In this document: positions 42,894-52,211 of the stretch, piece after piece
Position numbering within the stretch: the first letter of the stretch is position 1
Layout: each line of letters begins with the position of its first letter
From: a virus
Length of the DNA stretch: 62,875 bases
Virus record (IMG/VR): IMGVR_UViG_3300030739_000001
Direction: 5' to 3' (one strand)
Program-made: the position numbers and the translations under genes
Notes under the pieces: generated by a model
Databases searched by the model: none
The model's input: only the letters and a program-made list of their open reading frames with translations
Told to the model about the DNA's origin: nothing

Positions 42894-43825
42894 ACACTGT
42901 TTTGTTTGGAGATTGCCGCCAGTCGCTGCGCACCTTCGCGGCGTTCGGCGTGAAGGCCCAGGTCTGCGTCACCAGCCCGCCATACTTCGGCCTGCGCTCC
43001 TACGGGGACGGCGCCGACGAGATGGGCAAGGAGGAGACGCCCGAGGAGTTCGTGCAGAACCTCGTGGAAGTGTTCCGCCTGGTGCGCGACGTGCTGGCCG
43101 ACGACGGCGTGGTGTTCCTGAACATGGGAGACAGCTACGCTTCGCGCGGCGGCCAGGGCCCGCAGACCAACGCAGGCGCGATGCGCGGGTCGGGCGAGCA
43201 AGTCACGAAGTCGAACCGCTTCCACGGGGGTGAGTACAAGGTCAAGGATCTGATCGGCGTCCCCTGGATGCTGGCCTTCGCCCTGCGCGCCGACGGCTGG
43301 TATCTGCGCCAAGAGATCATATGGGCCAAGGCGGAGAGCGGCGACGCGCGCGAGGGGCGCTGCATGCCTGAGTCGGTGCGCGACCGCTTCACCAAGGCGC
43401 ACGAGCAGATTTTCCTACTGTCCAAGGCGCCCACGTACTACTTCGACGTTGACGCCGTGAAGGAGCCCGCGCAGGATTGGGGCAAGGCCCGCGATCGCAC
43501 CAACATGCGCGGCGGCACCGACGACCCCAAGCTCAAGCACGGCGGCCTATCCAAGGTGAACCACCCGATGGGCAACCGCCGCAGCGTGTGGCGCGTCAAC
43601 CCGGGCGGCTTCAAGGGCGCGCACTTCGCAGTGTTCCCCGCGGCGCTAGTCGAGCCGTGCGTGCTCTCGGGCTCGCGGCCTGGCGACATCGTGCTGGATC
43701 CCTTCATGGGCTCGGGCACCGTTGCCGGCGTGGCGCTGAAGCACGGCCGCCAGTACATCGGCTGCGAGTTGTACGAGTCGTATCGGGAATTGCAAGGCCA
43801 ACGGATCGCTCAAATCACAACTTGA
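42890..43825 (+). CDS. DNA methyltransferase, beta-class N4-C / N6-A (SPPY)
   Basis: Start MNTVLFGDCRQSL in an ATGA overlap. Motif IV is VTSPPYFG and motif I is DPFMGSGT. Confidence 0.8.
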   Translation: MNTVLFGDCRQSLRTFAAFGVKAQVCVTSPPYFGLRSYGDGADEMGKEETPEEFVQNLVEVFRLVRDVLADDGVVFLNMGDSYASRGGQGPQTNAGAMRGSGEQVTKSNRFHGGEYKVKDLIGVPWMLAFALRADGWYLRQEIIWAKAESGDAREGRCMPESVRDRFTKAHEQIFLLSKAPTYYFDVDAVKEPAQDWGKARDRTNMRGGTDDPKLKHGGLSKVNHPMGNRRSVWRVNPGGFKGAHFAVFPAALVEPCVLSGSRPGDIVLDPFMGSGTVAGVALKHGRQYIGCELYESYRELQGQRIAQITT

Positions 43826-43850
43826 CGACTTCGTTAAATATCACTAGAGT
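43822..43850 (+). promoter_or_regulatory. Promoter-like element TTGACG-N17-TAGAGT; the clearest copy
   Basis: Reads cTTGACGACTTCGTTAAATATCACTAGAGTtcg. The MTase stop TGA lies inside the -35. Confidence 0.65.
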
Positions 43851-43885
43851 TCGTCTGTCCTAACCACAACCAACCGCAAAGCACT

Positions 43886-44743
43886 ATGAGCGCAAAGCAA
43901 ATTCTCTTCCCGCCCGGCCGTTACGTCGGCGGTTCCGTGTACGAGTCCAAGGCCGTCACGGATGACAACGACAAGCCGAAGTTCAAGGACGACGGCAAGC
44001 CGATGATCGAGTGGTCGTTCGCGGTCGCCATCCCCAAGGTCGGCGCCGACTGGAAGCAGACCCCGTGGGGCCAGCAGGTCGTGCTCGCGGCCACGGAAGG
44101 CTACCCGAACGGCGAGTACAACGCCGCCCGCTTCGCGTGGAAGATCACCGACGGCGACAGCACCGCGCCGAACAGCCGCGGCAACAAGCCGTGCGACCAA
44201 GAAGGCTTCCGCGGCTGCTGGGTGATCTGGTTCTCCAGCCGTGCGCAGGCCCCGCGCCTGACCGACAAGTTCGGCACGCAGGAGGGCAACCTGCTGTACG
44301 GTGACGGCGTGCAGCGCATCAAGCCGGGCCACGTGATCCAGGTGTTCGCGCTGGTCAAGGACAACGCGCCGGCCAAGTCCCCGGGCGTCTACATGAACTA
44401 TGACGTGGTCGCCCACACGGACGACACCACCCCGGTGATCGAACTGCGCTCCCTGACCGACACCAGCAAGGTCGGCTTCGGCGGTGGCGGTGCTCCCGCG
44501 GCCAACACGGCACCCGCCAACTACGGCACGACGGCTCCGGGCGCTCCCGCGCAAACGGTCGTCACGCCGCAGCCGGGCATGCTCGCCGCTCCGGGCGCGC
44601 CGATGGCTCCCTCCGCGCCGCTCGCTCCCGTGGCCCCGGTCGGCCCCGTCATGCTGCCGGCCGCCAACGGCGTCAGCTACGCGGCCTACAAGGCCAACGG
44701 CTGGACCGACGAGCAGCTCCGCCAGCACCAGCTGATGGCCTGA
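43886..44743 (+). CDS. Putative ssDNA-binding protein (DUF2815-like)
   Basis: 285 aa with a Pro/Ala-rich C-terminal tail, sitting beside the DUF2800/PolA module. Confidence 0.45.
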   Translation: MSAKQILFPPGRYVGGSVYESKAVTDDNDKPKFKDDGKPMIEWSFAVAIPKVGADWKQTPWGQQVVLAATEGYPNGEYNAARFAWKITDGDSTAPNSRGNKPCDQEGFRGCWVIWFSSRAQAPRLTDKFGTQEGNLLYGDGVQRIKPGHVIQVFALVKDNAPAKSPGVYMNYDVVAHTDDTTPVIELRSLTDTSKVGFGGGGAPAANTAPANYGTTAPGAPAQTVVTPQPGMLAAPGAPMAPSAPLAPVAPVGPVMLPAANGVSYAAYKANGWTDEQLRQHQLMA

Positions 44744-44772
44744 TCGCCCGAGGCCGCCACGCTGGGGCCTCT

Positions 44773-44787
44773 CACTTCGTTTAAAGG
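44773..44787 (+). promoter_or_regulatory. Partial TTCGTT box (CACTTCGTTTAAAGG)
   Basis: Read directly. It overlaps the AGGA RBS of the micro-ORF. Confidence 0.25.
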
Positions 44788-44794
44788 AACCGTC

Positions 44795-44884
44795 TTGATC
44801 GTCCTCGACATCATCGCCCTGGTCCTCGTGGGCGCCGTCTTCTACGCCGGGTACTGCCCCGGCCGCTGGGTTCACACCCGATGA
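44795..44884 (+). CDS. Possible hydrophobic micro-ORF (29 aa)
   Basis: TTG start with an AAAGGAA RBS. Reads IVLDIIALVLVGAVFYAGYCPGRWVHTR. The stop is in an ATGA overlap. Confidence 0.35.
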   Translation: MIVLDIIALVLVGAVFYAGYCPGRWVHTR

Positions 44885-45201
44885 CCCTCGCCACCATCGA
44901 GATCGGTCAGAAGGCCCTCGTCACGACCGACGGGTGGTTCTTCGCCCCCGACGGTCGCCAGTACCGCGCCGTCTTCGGCACGGTCAAGGCGGTGCGCACC
45001 GCGGAGGAATCGCTCGGCGTGCGGCCCAACGGCCGCAGCACGAACTGGTATCTGCAGATCGGCGCGCTCACCCTCGCCGGCTGCCAGGTGCACTACGTCT
45101 TGCGCTGCGACGAGTGCTCCACCGCTTCGCACATCCCGGACTTCACGACCGCACCGTTTGTCAAGTTCGACCGACCGACCAGCATCTTCCACACGGACTA
45201 G
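44881..45201 (+). CDS. Hypothetical protein (106 aa)
   Basis: Track ORF with normal composition. Confidence 0.6.
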   Translation: MTLATIEIGQKALVTTDGWFFAPDGRQYRAVFGTVKAVRTAEESLGVRPNGRSTNWYLQIGALTLAGCQVHYVLRCDECSTASHIPDFTTAPFVKFDRPTSIFHTD

Positions 45202-45206
45202 GACAC

Positions 45207-45434
45207 ATGCTCAACGACGCACACAAAGCCGTGGACGACCTGGCTGCAATCTGCCGCCAGGCCATCGCCCGCGATACCCCGCTCGACCCGATCGCGGACG
45301 AGGCAACGCGCATCAGCGCCGCAGACCTCACCGCGTTCGAGGTGGCGAACATGCTGGCCGCCGCGGCGGTGTGCGGCATCGACGTGGGCGCCGCGATGCG
45401 CCGTCTGCTTATCTCCGAAGGAGTCACCGAATGA
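45207..45434 (+). CDS. Hypothetical protein (75 aa)
   Basis: MLNDAHKAVDDLAAICRQAIARD.. Confidence 0.45.
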   Translation: MLNDAHKAVDDLAAICRQAIARDTPLDPIADEATRISAADLTAFEVANMLAAAAVCGIDVGAAMRRLLISEGVTE

Positions 45435-45673
45435 AGCCCCGCCACCTGAAGTTCGCAGTGCTCCTGTCCGTCTGCCTGCTGCCCGCGCTCCTCGTGGCGA
45501 TCGTGGCGAGCTTGGTGGTCGCGGCGGCCGGCGCGGCGGGAATCGCCTTGTACCTCGTCATCGACGCGCTCATCGAGACGCTGCTGTTCCCCTACCGGGT
45601 GTGGCAGTGCGAGCGCGCGCCGCAGGGCCTGTCCTGGCCCGAGCACATCGTCCACGAAGACCTCAACGACTGA
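45431..45673 (+). CDS. Membrane protein (80 aa)
   Basis: MKPRHLKFAVLLSVCLLPALLVAIVASLVV.., in an ATGA overlap. Confidence 0.5.
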   Translation: MKPRHLKFAVLLSVCLLPALLVAIVASLVVAAAGAAGIALYLVIDALIETLLFPYRVWQCERAPQGLSWPEHIVHEDLND

Positions 45674-45682
45674 CGCCAAACC

Positions 45683-46528
45683 ATGCAACTTGAAACTCTG
45701 ACCAAGCTCGCCGAGTCCCACTCGATGGGCAACAAGCGCGCCACCGAGCTGCTGGCCGCCGCGGGCGTGCAGCCCTCCGCCGAGGTGTCGTTCGGCAAGG
45801 GCACCATGCGGCTGTACGAAGCGGAGCCCGCGCGCGCCGCGCTGGTCGCCGCCGTGAAGGCCGAGGGCGAAGCGGCTGCCGCTGCCGCCCTGGCCGCGCT
45901 GCCTCCGGTGACGCAGGCCCCCACGGTTCTCGGCATCGAGTACGTCATGGAGGCCGTCGCCGCGGCGCACGCCGAGAACCGCCGCCTGCACACCGCCGCG
46001 GTCGGCGACCATGAGCGCATCGAGACGGCGACCACGAAGCTGGCCGACCAGAACGTCCTGCTGCTGCGCGCGATCGAGAGCATCAAGACCACGTTCCTCG
46101 GCAAGCTGGACGCGCTGCAGGAATCCTTCGACGCGCGCATCGACTCGCTGGCCGACCCGCTCTCGCGCATCACGAGATCGACCGCGCCGCTGGGCCTCGT
46201 GCCAGGTCGAGATCCCACGCCTGCGCCCAAGACCCGCGTGGGCATCATCGGCTTGTTCCCCGCGCAGTCGACCACGATTGAGAAGGAGTTCGCCGACGTG
46301 TTCGACCTGGTGCTGATCCCCGGCGCCGAGAGCACGCCGGGCGGCTTGGTGTCGAAGCTCTCCAGCTGCCACAGCGTGTTCGTCATGCAGGTCGGCCAGT
46401 CCAAGGCCGGCGAGCGTCTGCTGAAGGAGGCAGGTGTCCGCGCCACGCGCATCACCGGCAGCATCTCCTCGCTGCGCAACGAGCTGACCAACCTGTTCGT
46501 GTCGATCAGCGACAAGAAGGCGGCTTGA
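45683..46528 (+). CDS. Hypothetical protein (281 aa) with a C-terminal DUF2325-like segment
   Basis: Reads ..RVGIIGLFPAQSTTIEKEF..VFVMQVGQSKAGERLLKEAGVRATRITGSISSL. Confidence 0.55.
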   Translation: MQLETLTKLAESHSMGNKRATELLAAAGVQPSAEVSFGKGTMRLYEAEPARAALVAAVKAEGEAAAAAALAALPPVTQAPTVLGIEYVMEAVAAAHAENRRLHTAAVGDHERIETATTKLADQNVLLLRAIESIKTTFLGKLDALQESFDARIDSLADPLSRITRSTAPLGLVPGRDPTPAPKTRVGIIGLFPAQSTTIEKEFADVFDLVLIPGAESTPGGLVSKLSSCHSVFVMQVGQSKAGERLLKEAGVRATRITGSISSLRNELTNLFVSISDKKAA

Positions 46529-46529
46529 G

Positions 46530-47423
46530 ATGAGCGCGGGCGCCACGATGGAGTATCGCTACGGCAACAAGAACAACTGGCGCCGCCGCGTGTGGAACGC
46601 CGTGCGTGAGGTGACGGACAACCCGCGGGACTCGCTGGTGTTGTTCCTCGCAGGGCGCGAGGCTGCAGACGTAGCCGTCGCTGCCGCCAAGGGGTTCCGC
46701 CCGGTGAACATGATCGCGGTCGAGCGGGACCCGGAGACACTGCGTCATCTGCGTGCCAACGGGCAGCTGACCATCGACGGCGATCTCACCGGAGCGATGG
46801 CCGCGTGGCCTAACACCCGGCCCGTTTCGGTCGTCATCGCCGACTTCTGCTGCGGTTTGTCCCCTGTGCTCGCCTTCGAGCTAGTCACCGCGTGGATGAC
46901 CCAGCCGTTTTACCGCGCAACCATGGTCGTCAACTTTCTGAGGGGCCGGGACGCTGCGAGCAATGAAATCCGGCAGGGCTGCATCGAGTGGCTGTCCGAT
47001 CTTCGGCGCCGCCTGGATGAACTGGAGGACGACATGCTCGACCTCCACGACGGGGGCGCGCCGATTCCGCTGCACTACTGCCGCGCGCTCACAGAGAGTG
47101 ATCCGAAGTCCCGTGCGCTGCATTTCTTTCTCATGACCGCAGGCCTCTACTTCGGCGAGCGCGACCCGAGCCTCTTTCAGATCGAGGCGATGTTCGCAAT
47201 GCAACGCCCCTCGATTTTTAGCTATCGGTCCACCGCCGGCAACCAAGTGTTCGACACCGTGGTCATAGCCGCCCCCGGTCGGAATTTGGACTCCGCAGGC
47301 ATCAGCGGTGAACTGGCCGACGCAATCCACGCGGCGTCCATCAAAACGCGCCCGGCCCGAGGAGGCGTGAAACAGAGCATCTCCGCCATTCTCGCGCACC
47401 ACACCCGTCGCACCCAATGCTGA
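46530..47423 (+). CDS. Rossmann / SAM-MTase-like protein of unknown specificity
   Basis: Reads ..SLVLFLAGREAADVAVAAAKGF..NMIAVERDPET..VVIADFCCG.. Confidence 0.45.
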   Translation: MSAGATMEYRYGNKNNWRRRVWNAVREVTDNPRDSLVLFLAGREAADVAVAAAKGFRPVNMIAVERDPETLRHLRANGQLTIDGDLTGAMAAWPNTRPVSVVIADFCCGLSPVLAFELVTAWMTQPFYRATMVVNFLRGRDAASNEIRQGCIEWLSDLRRRLDELEDDMLDLHDGGAPIPLHYCRALTESDPKSRALHFFLMTAGLYFGERDPSLFQIEAMFAMQRPSIFSYRSTAGNQVFDTVVIAAPGRNLDSAGISGELADAIHAASIKTRPARGGVKQSISAILAHHTRRTQC

Positions 47424-50400
47424 CCGCCCCGCCCCCTCCCCTCCGCACCATCATCGCCGGCAGCCGCGACATCACTGACCTGGCGCACGTGCGCGCCGCG
47501 ATGGCGTCGTGTCCCTGGTTCCCGTCGGTCGTGGTGAGCGGCGCCGCGCGCGGCGTGGACAAGCTCGGCGAGCGGTGGGCGGCGGAGCGCGGCATCCCGG
47601 TCGAGAGCCACCCGGCCGACTGGGACAAGCACGGCAAGCACGCGGGGCACCTGCGCAACGCCGAGATGGCGCGCGCCTCCGACGGCCTCGTGGCGGTGTG
47701 GGACGGCCGCAGCCCCGGCACGCGCGACATGATCGACTCGGCACGCTCGATGGGCCTCCGCGTCCACGTCGTGCAGGTCGTGGTGCCGTACCCCGCCGCT
47801 CCACCCGCCCCGCGGGCGGTGCCGACGATCGACGCGCGGGACATCCCCGGGCTGCAGGCACCACTCCAGCCGATCTGCAAGCGTGCGCGCGAGGGCAACG
47901 GCATCGTGCCGCTGGACTGCCTGTTCGGGTGCGCCCACGGCTGCGGCAAGCCGGCGTTCGGGATCTCGCCCGCTGCCCCGCCGGCGCCGGTGCCGGTGCA
48001 CAAGCTGCCGCGCGGCACGGTGCTGCGCGTGGGGCCGTCCTACGCCACGGTGAACGCCGAGTGCGACATGGAAGCGTTCTCCGAGGCCGGCTGGACGTGG
48101 GACGGCGAGCAGCGCAAGTGGCTCAAGCCCGAGGGCGCGTCGAAGCAGAAGAAGGGCCTGGAGATCGTCGGGGTGGATCTCTACGCGCGCCACCCGAGCG
48201 CGGCGATCCTGATGATGGCCTACGACCTGAAGGACGGCCTCGGCTGGCGCGTGTGGCTCGAAGGGCAGCCGTTCCCCGCCGACCTGGCCGCGCACATCGC
48301 CGCCGGCAGGATCCTCGAAGCGCACAACTCCGGGTTCGAGCAGCGCATGTGGCTTCACGTCGGGGTCAAGAAGTACGGCTGGCCAGCGATGCCCGACCAC
48401 CTGTGGCGCTGCAGCGCGGCGAAGGCGCGGGCCTACGCCTACCCCGGCAAGCTGGACGAGGTGGGCGCCGTGATGAAGCTCGACATCCAGAAGGATGAAG
48501 CGGGCAAGGCGCTCATCGACAAGTTCACCATGCCGCGCAACCCGACGGCGCGCGATCCGCGCACGCGCGTGCTGCTCCAGTGGTCGGCCGACGTGGCCGC
48601 GGCGCGCGCTGCCTACGACAAGCTCGGGATCCCGCACGGCTACCACGTGGAGGACATCGCGCAGCCCAAGGCGCCGCGCGCCAAGAAGGACCAGACGGTC
48701 GAGATGATCGTGCCGGGCCTGTGGCGCGTCACCACGGCCGGCGCTCTCACCGCTGAGACGGTGGCCAAGGACTACGCCGACACACTGGCGTTCGTGCGCT
48801 ACTGCGTGCGCGACATCGAGTCCGAGGCGGAGGTGTCCGGTCGCTGCCCGGATCTGGAAGGGGACGAGCTGGAGTGGTGGCAGTTCGGCCAGGAGAGCAA
48901 CGCGCACGGTATGCACGTCGACCGCGTCGGGCTGGACAACTGCGCGGAGATCGTGCGGCAGTGCCTCGCGCGCTACGACGCCGAGCTCGTGCAGATCACG
49001 GGCGGCCTCAAGTCCAGCCAGGTCAAGAAGATCACCGAGTGGCTCGCCGCGCGCGGCCTCCACATGGCGTCGCTGGACGAGGAGCACGTCACCGAGGCGC
49101 TGGAGCGCACCGACCTGACGCCCGAGTGCCGCCGCGTGCTGGAGATCCGCGCCGCGGCCGGCAGCGCCTCGGTCAAGAAGGTGTTCGCGATCGAGAACAC
49201 TCTGAGCCCCGACAACCGGCTCCGCGACCTCTACATCATCAACGGGGCGCGCACGGGGCGCGATACCGGCGTCGGCGCGCAGCCCGCCAACCTGCCGAGC
49301 TACGGCCCCGCGCCGCACAAGTGCGCGTGCGGGACGTTCTTCGCCGGCCGCTTCTCCTGCCCGACGTGCAACACGCCGCTCGCCCCTGGCGCGAAGCCGG
49401 GCGAGTGGAGCCTGGCGTGCGCGGAGCAGGCGCTCGAGCTGTTCAAGAAACGCAGCTTGGCCGAGGTGGAGCGGGTGTGGGGCGTGGGCAATGCGCTGCA
49501 CGCCGTCGCCGGCTGCCTGCGCGGCCTGTTCTGCGCGGCGCCGGGGCACGACCTGATCTCGTCCGACTACAACTCCATCGAGGCTGTGGCCATGGCGATG
49601 GTGTCGGGCGAGAAGTGGCGCATCGACACGTTCAACGGCCACGGCAAGATTTACGAAGCGTCGGCCGCGGCGATGTTCAAGATCCCGTTCGAGGACTTCA
49701 TGTACCACCGGGGGTACACCCCGGAGCAGCTCAAGCAGCCCGAGTGGTGGAAGCAGGATCCGGCGATCCCCGGCAAGACGCACCACCCGCTGCGCAAGAC
49801 TGGCAAGATTGCCGAGCTGGCGTTCGGCTTCCAGGGCGGCCTCGGTTCGGCCAATGCGTTCGGCATGCCGGGCAACGACGCGGAGAAGACGCAGAACGTG
49901 CGCGACTGGCGCAACGTGAGTCCGAGCATCGAATGGCTGTGGGGTGGGCAGACGCAGGGCAAGGCCAACGCCATCCGCGGCCACGGCAGCAAGTGGGACA
50001 AGACGCCGTTCCTGTTCGGCGTGGAAGGCGCGTTCCTCAACGCCATCCGCCACGAGGGTGTCGAGTTCAAAATCAACCGGCTCGACAATACCTATACCGG
50101 GTTCTCCTATACCCGCCACGGCGACGTGATTTGGGCGCTGCTGCCGAGCGGTCGATATCTCAAGTACCACGCGGCGCGCGAGGGCGCCGGCAAGTGGGAA
50201 GGCCAAGCCGGCATGTCCTACGAGGGCAAGAACACTAATCCGAAGAACGGGCCGGTGGGCTGGATCCGCATGGATACCTGGGGCGGTCGCCTCGTTGAGA
50301 ATCTGATCCAGGCAATTTGCCGAGACATCTTAAAAGAAGCTGTCTTGCGCTTGCGAAAAGCCGGCTACACCACCGTTATGCGCACTTATGACGAAGTCGT

Positions 50401-50533
50401 CTGCGAGATACTCAAGGGGTTTGGCAGCCACGAGGAGTTCGAGCGGATCGTGGAGATTCGCCCCTGGTGGGCGCCTGATTGGCCGATCCGGGCGCCGGAC
50501 TCCTGGCGGGGGCTGCGCTACCGCAAAGCGTGA
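47417..50533 (+). CDS. Family A DNA polymerase (3'-5' exo plus pol) fused to an N-terminal DUF2493 / SLOG domain
   Basis: One continuous 1038-aa ORF. The N-terminus reads IIAGSRDITD..VVSGAARGVDKLGERWAAERG..ADWDKHGKHAGHLRNAEM. The exonuclease motif is AECDMEAFS. The PolA body follows. Confidence 0.8.
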   Translation: MLTAPPPPLRTIIAGSRDITDLAHVRAAMASCPWFPSVVVSGAARGVDKLGERWAAERGIPVESHPADWDKHGKHAGHLRNAEMARASDGLVAVWDGRSPGTRDMIDSARSMGLRVHVVQVVVPYPAAPPAPRAVPTIDARDIPGLQAPLQPICKRAREGNGIVPLDCLFGCAHGCGKPAFGISPAAPPAPVPVHKLPRGTVLRVGPSYATVNAECDMEAFSEAGWTWDGEQRKWLKPEGASKQKKGLEIVGVDLYARHPSAAILMMAYDLKDGLGWRVWLEGQPFPADLAAHIAAGRILEAHNSGFEQRMWLHVGVKKYGWPAMPDHLWRCSAAKARAYAYPGKLDEVGAVMKLDIQKDEAGKALIDKFTMPRNPTARDPRTRVLLQWSADVAAARAAYDKLGIPHGYHVEDIAQPKAPRAKKDQTVEMIVPGLWRVTTAGALTAETVAKDYADTLAFVRYCVRDIESEAEVSGRCPDLEGDELEWWQFGQESNAHGMHVDRVGLDNCAEIVRQCLARYDAELVQITGGLKSSQVKKITEWLAARGLHMASLDEEHVTEALERTDLTPECRRVLEIRAAAGSASVKKVFAIENTLSPDNRLRDLYIINGARTGRDTGVGAQPANLPSYGPAPHKCACGTFFAGRFSCPTCNTPLAPGAKPGEWSLACAEQALELFKKRSLAEVERVWGVGNALHAVAGCLRGLFCAAPGHDLISSDYNSIEAVAMAMVSGEKWRIDTFNGHGKIYEASAAAMFKIPFEDFMYHRGYTPEQLKQPEWWKQDPAIPGKTHHPLRKTGKIAELAFGFQGGLGSANAFGMPGNDAEKTQNVRDWRNVSPSIEWLWGGQTQGKANAIRGHGSKWDKTPFLFGVEGAFLNAIRHEGVEFKINRLDNTYTGFSYTRHGDVIWALLPSGRYLKYHAAREGAGKWEGQAGMSYEGKNTNPKNGPVGWIRMDTWGGRLVENLIQAICRDILKEAVLRLRKAGYTTVMRTYDEVVCEILKGFGSHEEFERIVEIRPWWAPDWPIRAPDSWRGLRYRKA

Positions 50534-50571
50534 CATTTGTAGGACAAGGCCGCATCCCACCTGTTTGGGGG

Positions 50572-50600
50572 GTGACGAGTTCGTTAATTGTCTTTAGAGT
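50572..50600 (+). promoter_or_regulatory. Promoter-like element GTGACG-N17-TAGAGT
   Basis: Reads gGTGACGAGTTCGTTAATTGTCTTTAGAGTtac. Confidence 0.55.
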
Positions 50601-50634
50601 TACCTCTGTCCGCTAAAGAACAGAGGGTAAACAC

Positions 50635-51072
50635 ATGACGAACGCCGCGCAAATGTACGAACCGCCGCTCCTACGCTTTATGAGGGCGCTCGATCCTGAC
50701 GAGAAAGAGGCGTTCGCCGAGGCGGTCGGTACGTCGCTGCAGTACCTACACCAGATGGTTGGCCAGCCCGCGCCCAACCCGAACCTCAGGCTGGCGCTCG
50801 CCATCGTGGAGGAGAGCCAACGCATCTACCGCAAACGCGGTATTGACCCGCTCACCCTCTCCGACCTGCTCGTGGGTCGTATCAAGGCGCAGAACATGAA
50901 GGACCACACGACGGGTGAGTCCTTCGCCCTCCTGCCCTCTGGCGAACTGGCGAGACGCCGCCTCGACATGACGGGCCGCATCGTGCTCATCAACGCCGCC
51001 GGGGAGGTGATCGCCGAGGAGGACTCGTACCCCAGCCCCGCGATGGCCAAGAAGATTCCCCCCTTGGATTGA
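50635..51072 (+). CDS. HTH DNA-binding regulator (Cro/CII/YdaS-like)
   Basis: Reads ..FAEAVGTSLQYLHQMVGQPAPNPNLRLALAIVEESQ. Confidence 0.6.
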   Translation: MTNAAQMYEPPLLRFMRALDPDEKEAFAEAVGTSLQYLHQMVGQPAPNPNLRLALAIVEESQRIYRKRGIDPLTLSDLLVGRIKAQNMKDHTTGESFALLPSGELARRRLDMTGRIVLINAAGEVIAEEDSYPSPAMAKKIPPLD

Positions 51073-51491
51073 CGATAATGACCGCCGCTCAACTCGCATT
51101 AGAAGGCATCCACGTGGGTCGCAATTTGCTGCAGGAATACGCTGACCTCACACGTCAACTGATGGAGGTCACGCGGAAGCGCACCGAGGTGGGCAAACTG
51201 CTCGAACGCGAGCAGACCGACGCGCGCCTCGCGGCCAAGCGTGCAGAGGACAAGCGCATCGCGGAGGCCATCATCTCGGTGGCCGAGACAGGCAGTTGGG
51301 ACGCGGCCGTGCAGGCGCTCGGCATGCCTGATTGGCGGCTCGACATGCTCTTTCACAACGTGCTGCGCCACATCCGTCGCAGGTACCCCGCACACGCCGA
51401 CGTGATCCCCACGAAGGTCAGCCCGCGCACGATGGAGACGTGGAACGAGTGGGGGCCGTTCGTGCGCAAATATCTCAAGACTCTCCGTTGA
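51069..51491 (+). CDS. Hypothetical protein (140 aa)
   Basis: TTG start in a TTGA overlap; an alternative ATG is at 51078. Confidence 0.5.
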   Translation: MTIMTAAQLALEGIHVGRNLLQEYADLTRQLMEVTRKRTEVGKLLEREQTDARLAAKRAEDKRIAEAIISVAETGSWDAAVQALGMPDWRLDMLFHNVLRHIRRRYPAHADVIPTKVSPRTMETWNEWGPFVRKYLKTLR

Positions 51492-51516
51492 CGACTTCGT
51501 TATAACGAAGCAGAAT
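51488..51516 (+). promoter_or_regulatory. Promoter-like element TTGACG-N17-CAGAAT with a palindromic box; the ATG lies 7 nt downstream, so the mRNA would be leaderless
   Basis: Reads gTTGACGACTTCGTTATAACGAAGCAGAATgcggccATG. Confidence 0.5.
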
Positions 51517-51522
51517 GCGGCC

Positions 51523-51795
51523 ATGTCTTCCACAATCCTCTCCACTGCTGCCGTCGCGCAGCTCCTCGACTGCGAGCCGTCCACGGTGCAGATCAAGGCG
51601 AACGCGGGCCAACTGCCCGGCGTCAAGATCGGCAAGTCCTGGGTGTTCCCCGAGGACGCCCTCGTGGAGCGCCTCAACGAGATGGCGCGCGAGAACCTGA
51701 TCCGGCGCACCCCCGCCAAGCCGGTCGCCGTCGCGGGAGCCGTGCCGCTGCCGGCGCGCTCGCGCCGCAACGCGCTGCCGGCGTGCCTCGCATGA
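51523..51795 (+). CDS. Excisionase / AlpA-type HTH protein
   Basis: Reads LSTAAVAQLLDCEPSTVQIKANAGQLPGVKIGKSWVFPEDAL. It lies close to the integrase gene. Confidence 0.6.
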   Translation: MSSTILSTAAVAQLLDCEPSTVQIKANAGQLPGVKIGKSWVFPEDALVERLNEMARENLIRRTPAKPVAVAGAVPLPARSRRNALPACLA

Positions 51796-52211
51796 CCGTC
51801 ATCCAACGCGATACCGCAGGGCTGACCGGCGACCAACTCGACGCGGCCGTGGCGCATGTCCTCGGCGTGCCGACCTTTCACCCGCCGCGCACGATGTCCG
51901 AGCGGCACACCATCGGGTTCCGCGGCCAGCCGTTCCGCCCGTCCTCCGACTGGGCCGACGGAGGCCCGATCATCGAGCGCGAGAAGATCGCGGTCTACCA
52001 CGATGGCGACTGCGGCTGGAAGTCATCCCGCGCCTGGATCGCCGGCTACAGGCTCTGCATTGATGAGGGGTTCCGCGGGTCGGAACTCACCGGGGGTGAC
52101 GAGCCTTCGATCGATCTGGACCACGCGGTCTGCGGCCCCACGCCGCTCGTCGCCGCGATGCGCGCGTTCGTGATGGCCAAGTTCGGCCGCACGGTGGAGA
52201 TTCCCGCATGA
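51792..52211 (+). CDS. DUF2591-like protein
   Basis: MTVIQRDTAGLTGDQLDAAVAHVLG..PSSDWADGGPIIEREKI, in an ATGA overlap. Confidence 0.55.
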   Translation: MTVIQRDTAGLTGDQLDAAVAHVLGVPTFHPPRTMSERHTIGFRGQPFRPSSDWADGGPIIEREKIAVYHDGDCGWKSSRAWIAGYRLCIDEGFRGSELTGGDEPSIDLDHAVCGPTPLVAAMRAFVMAKFGRTVEIPA

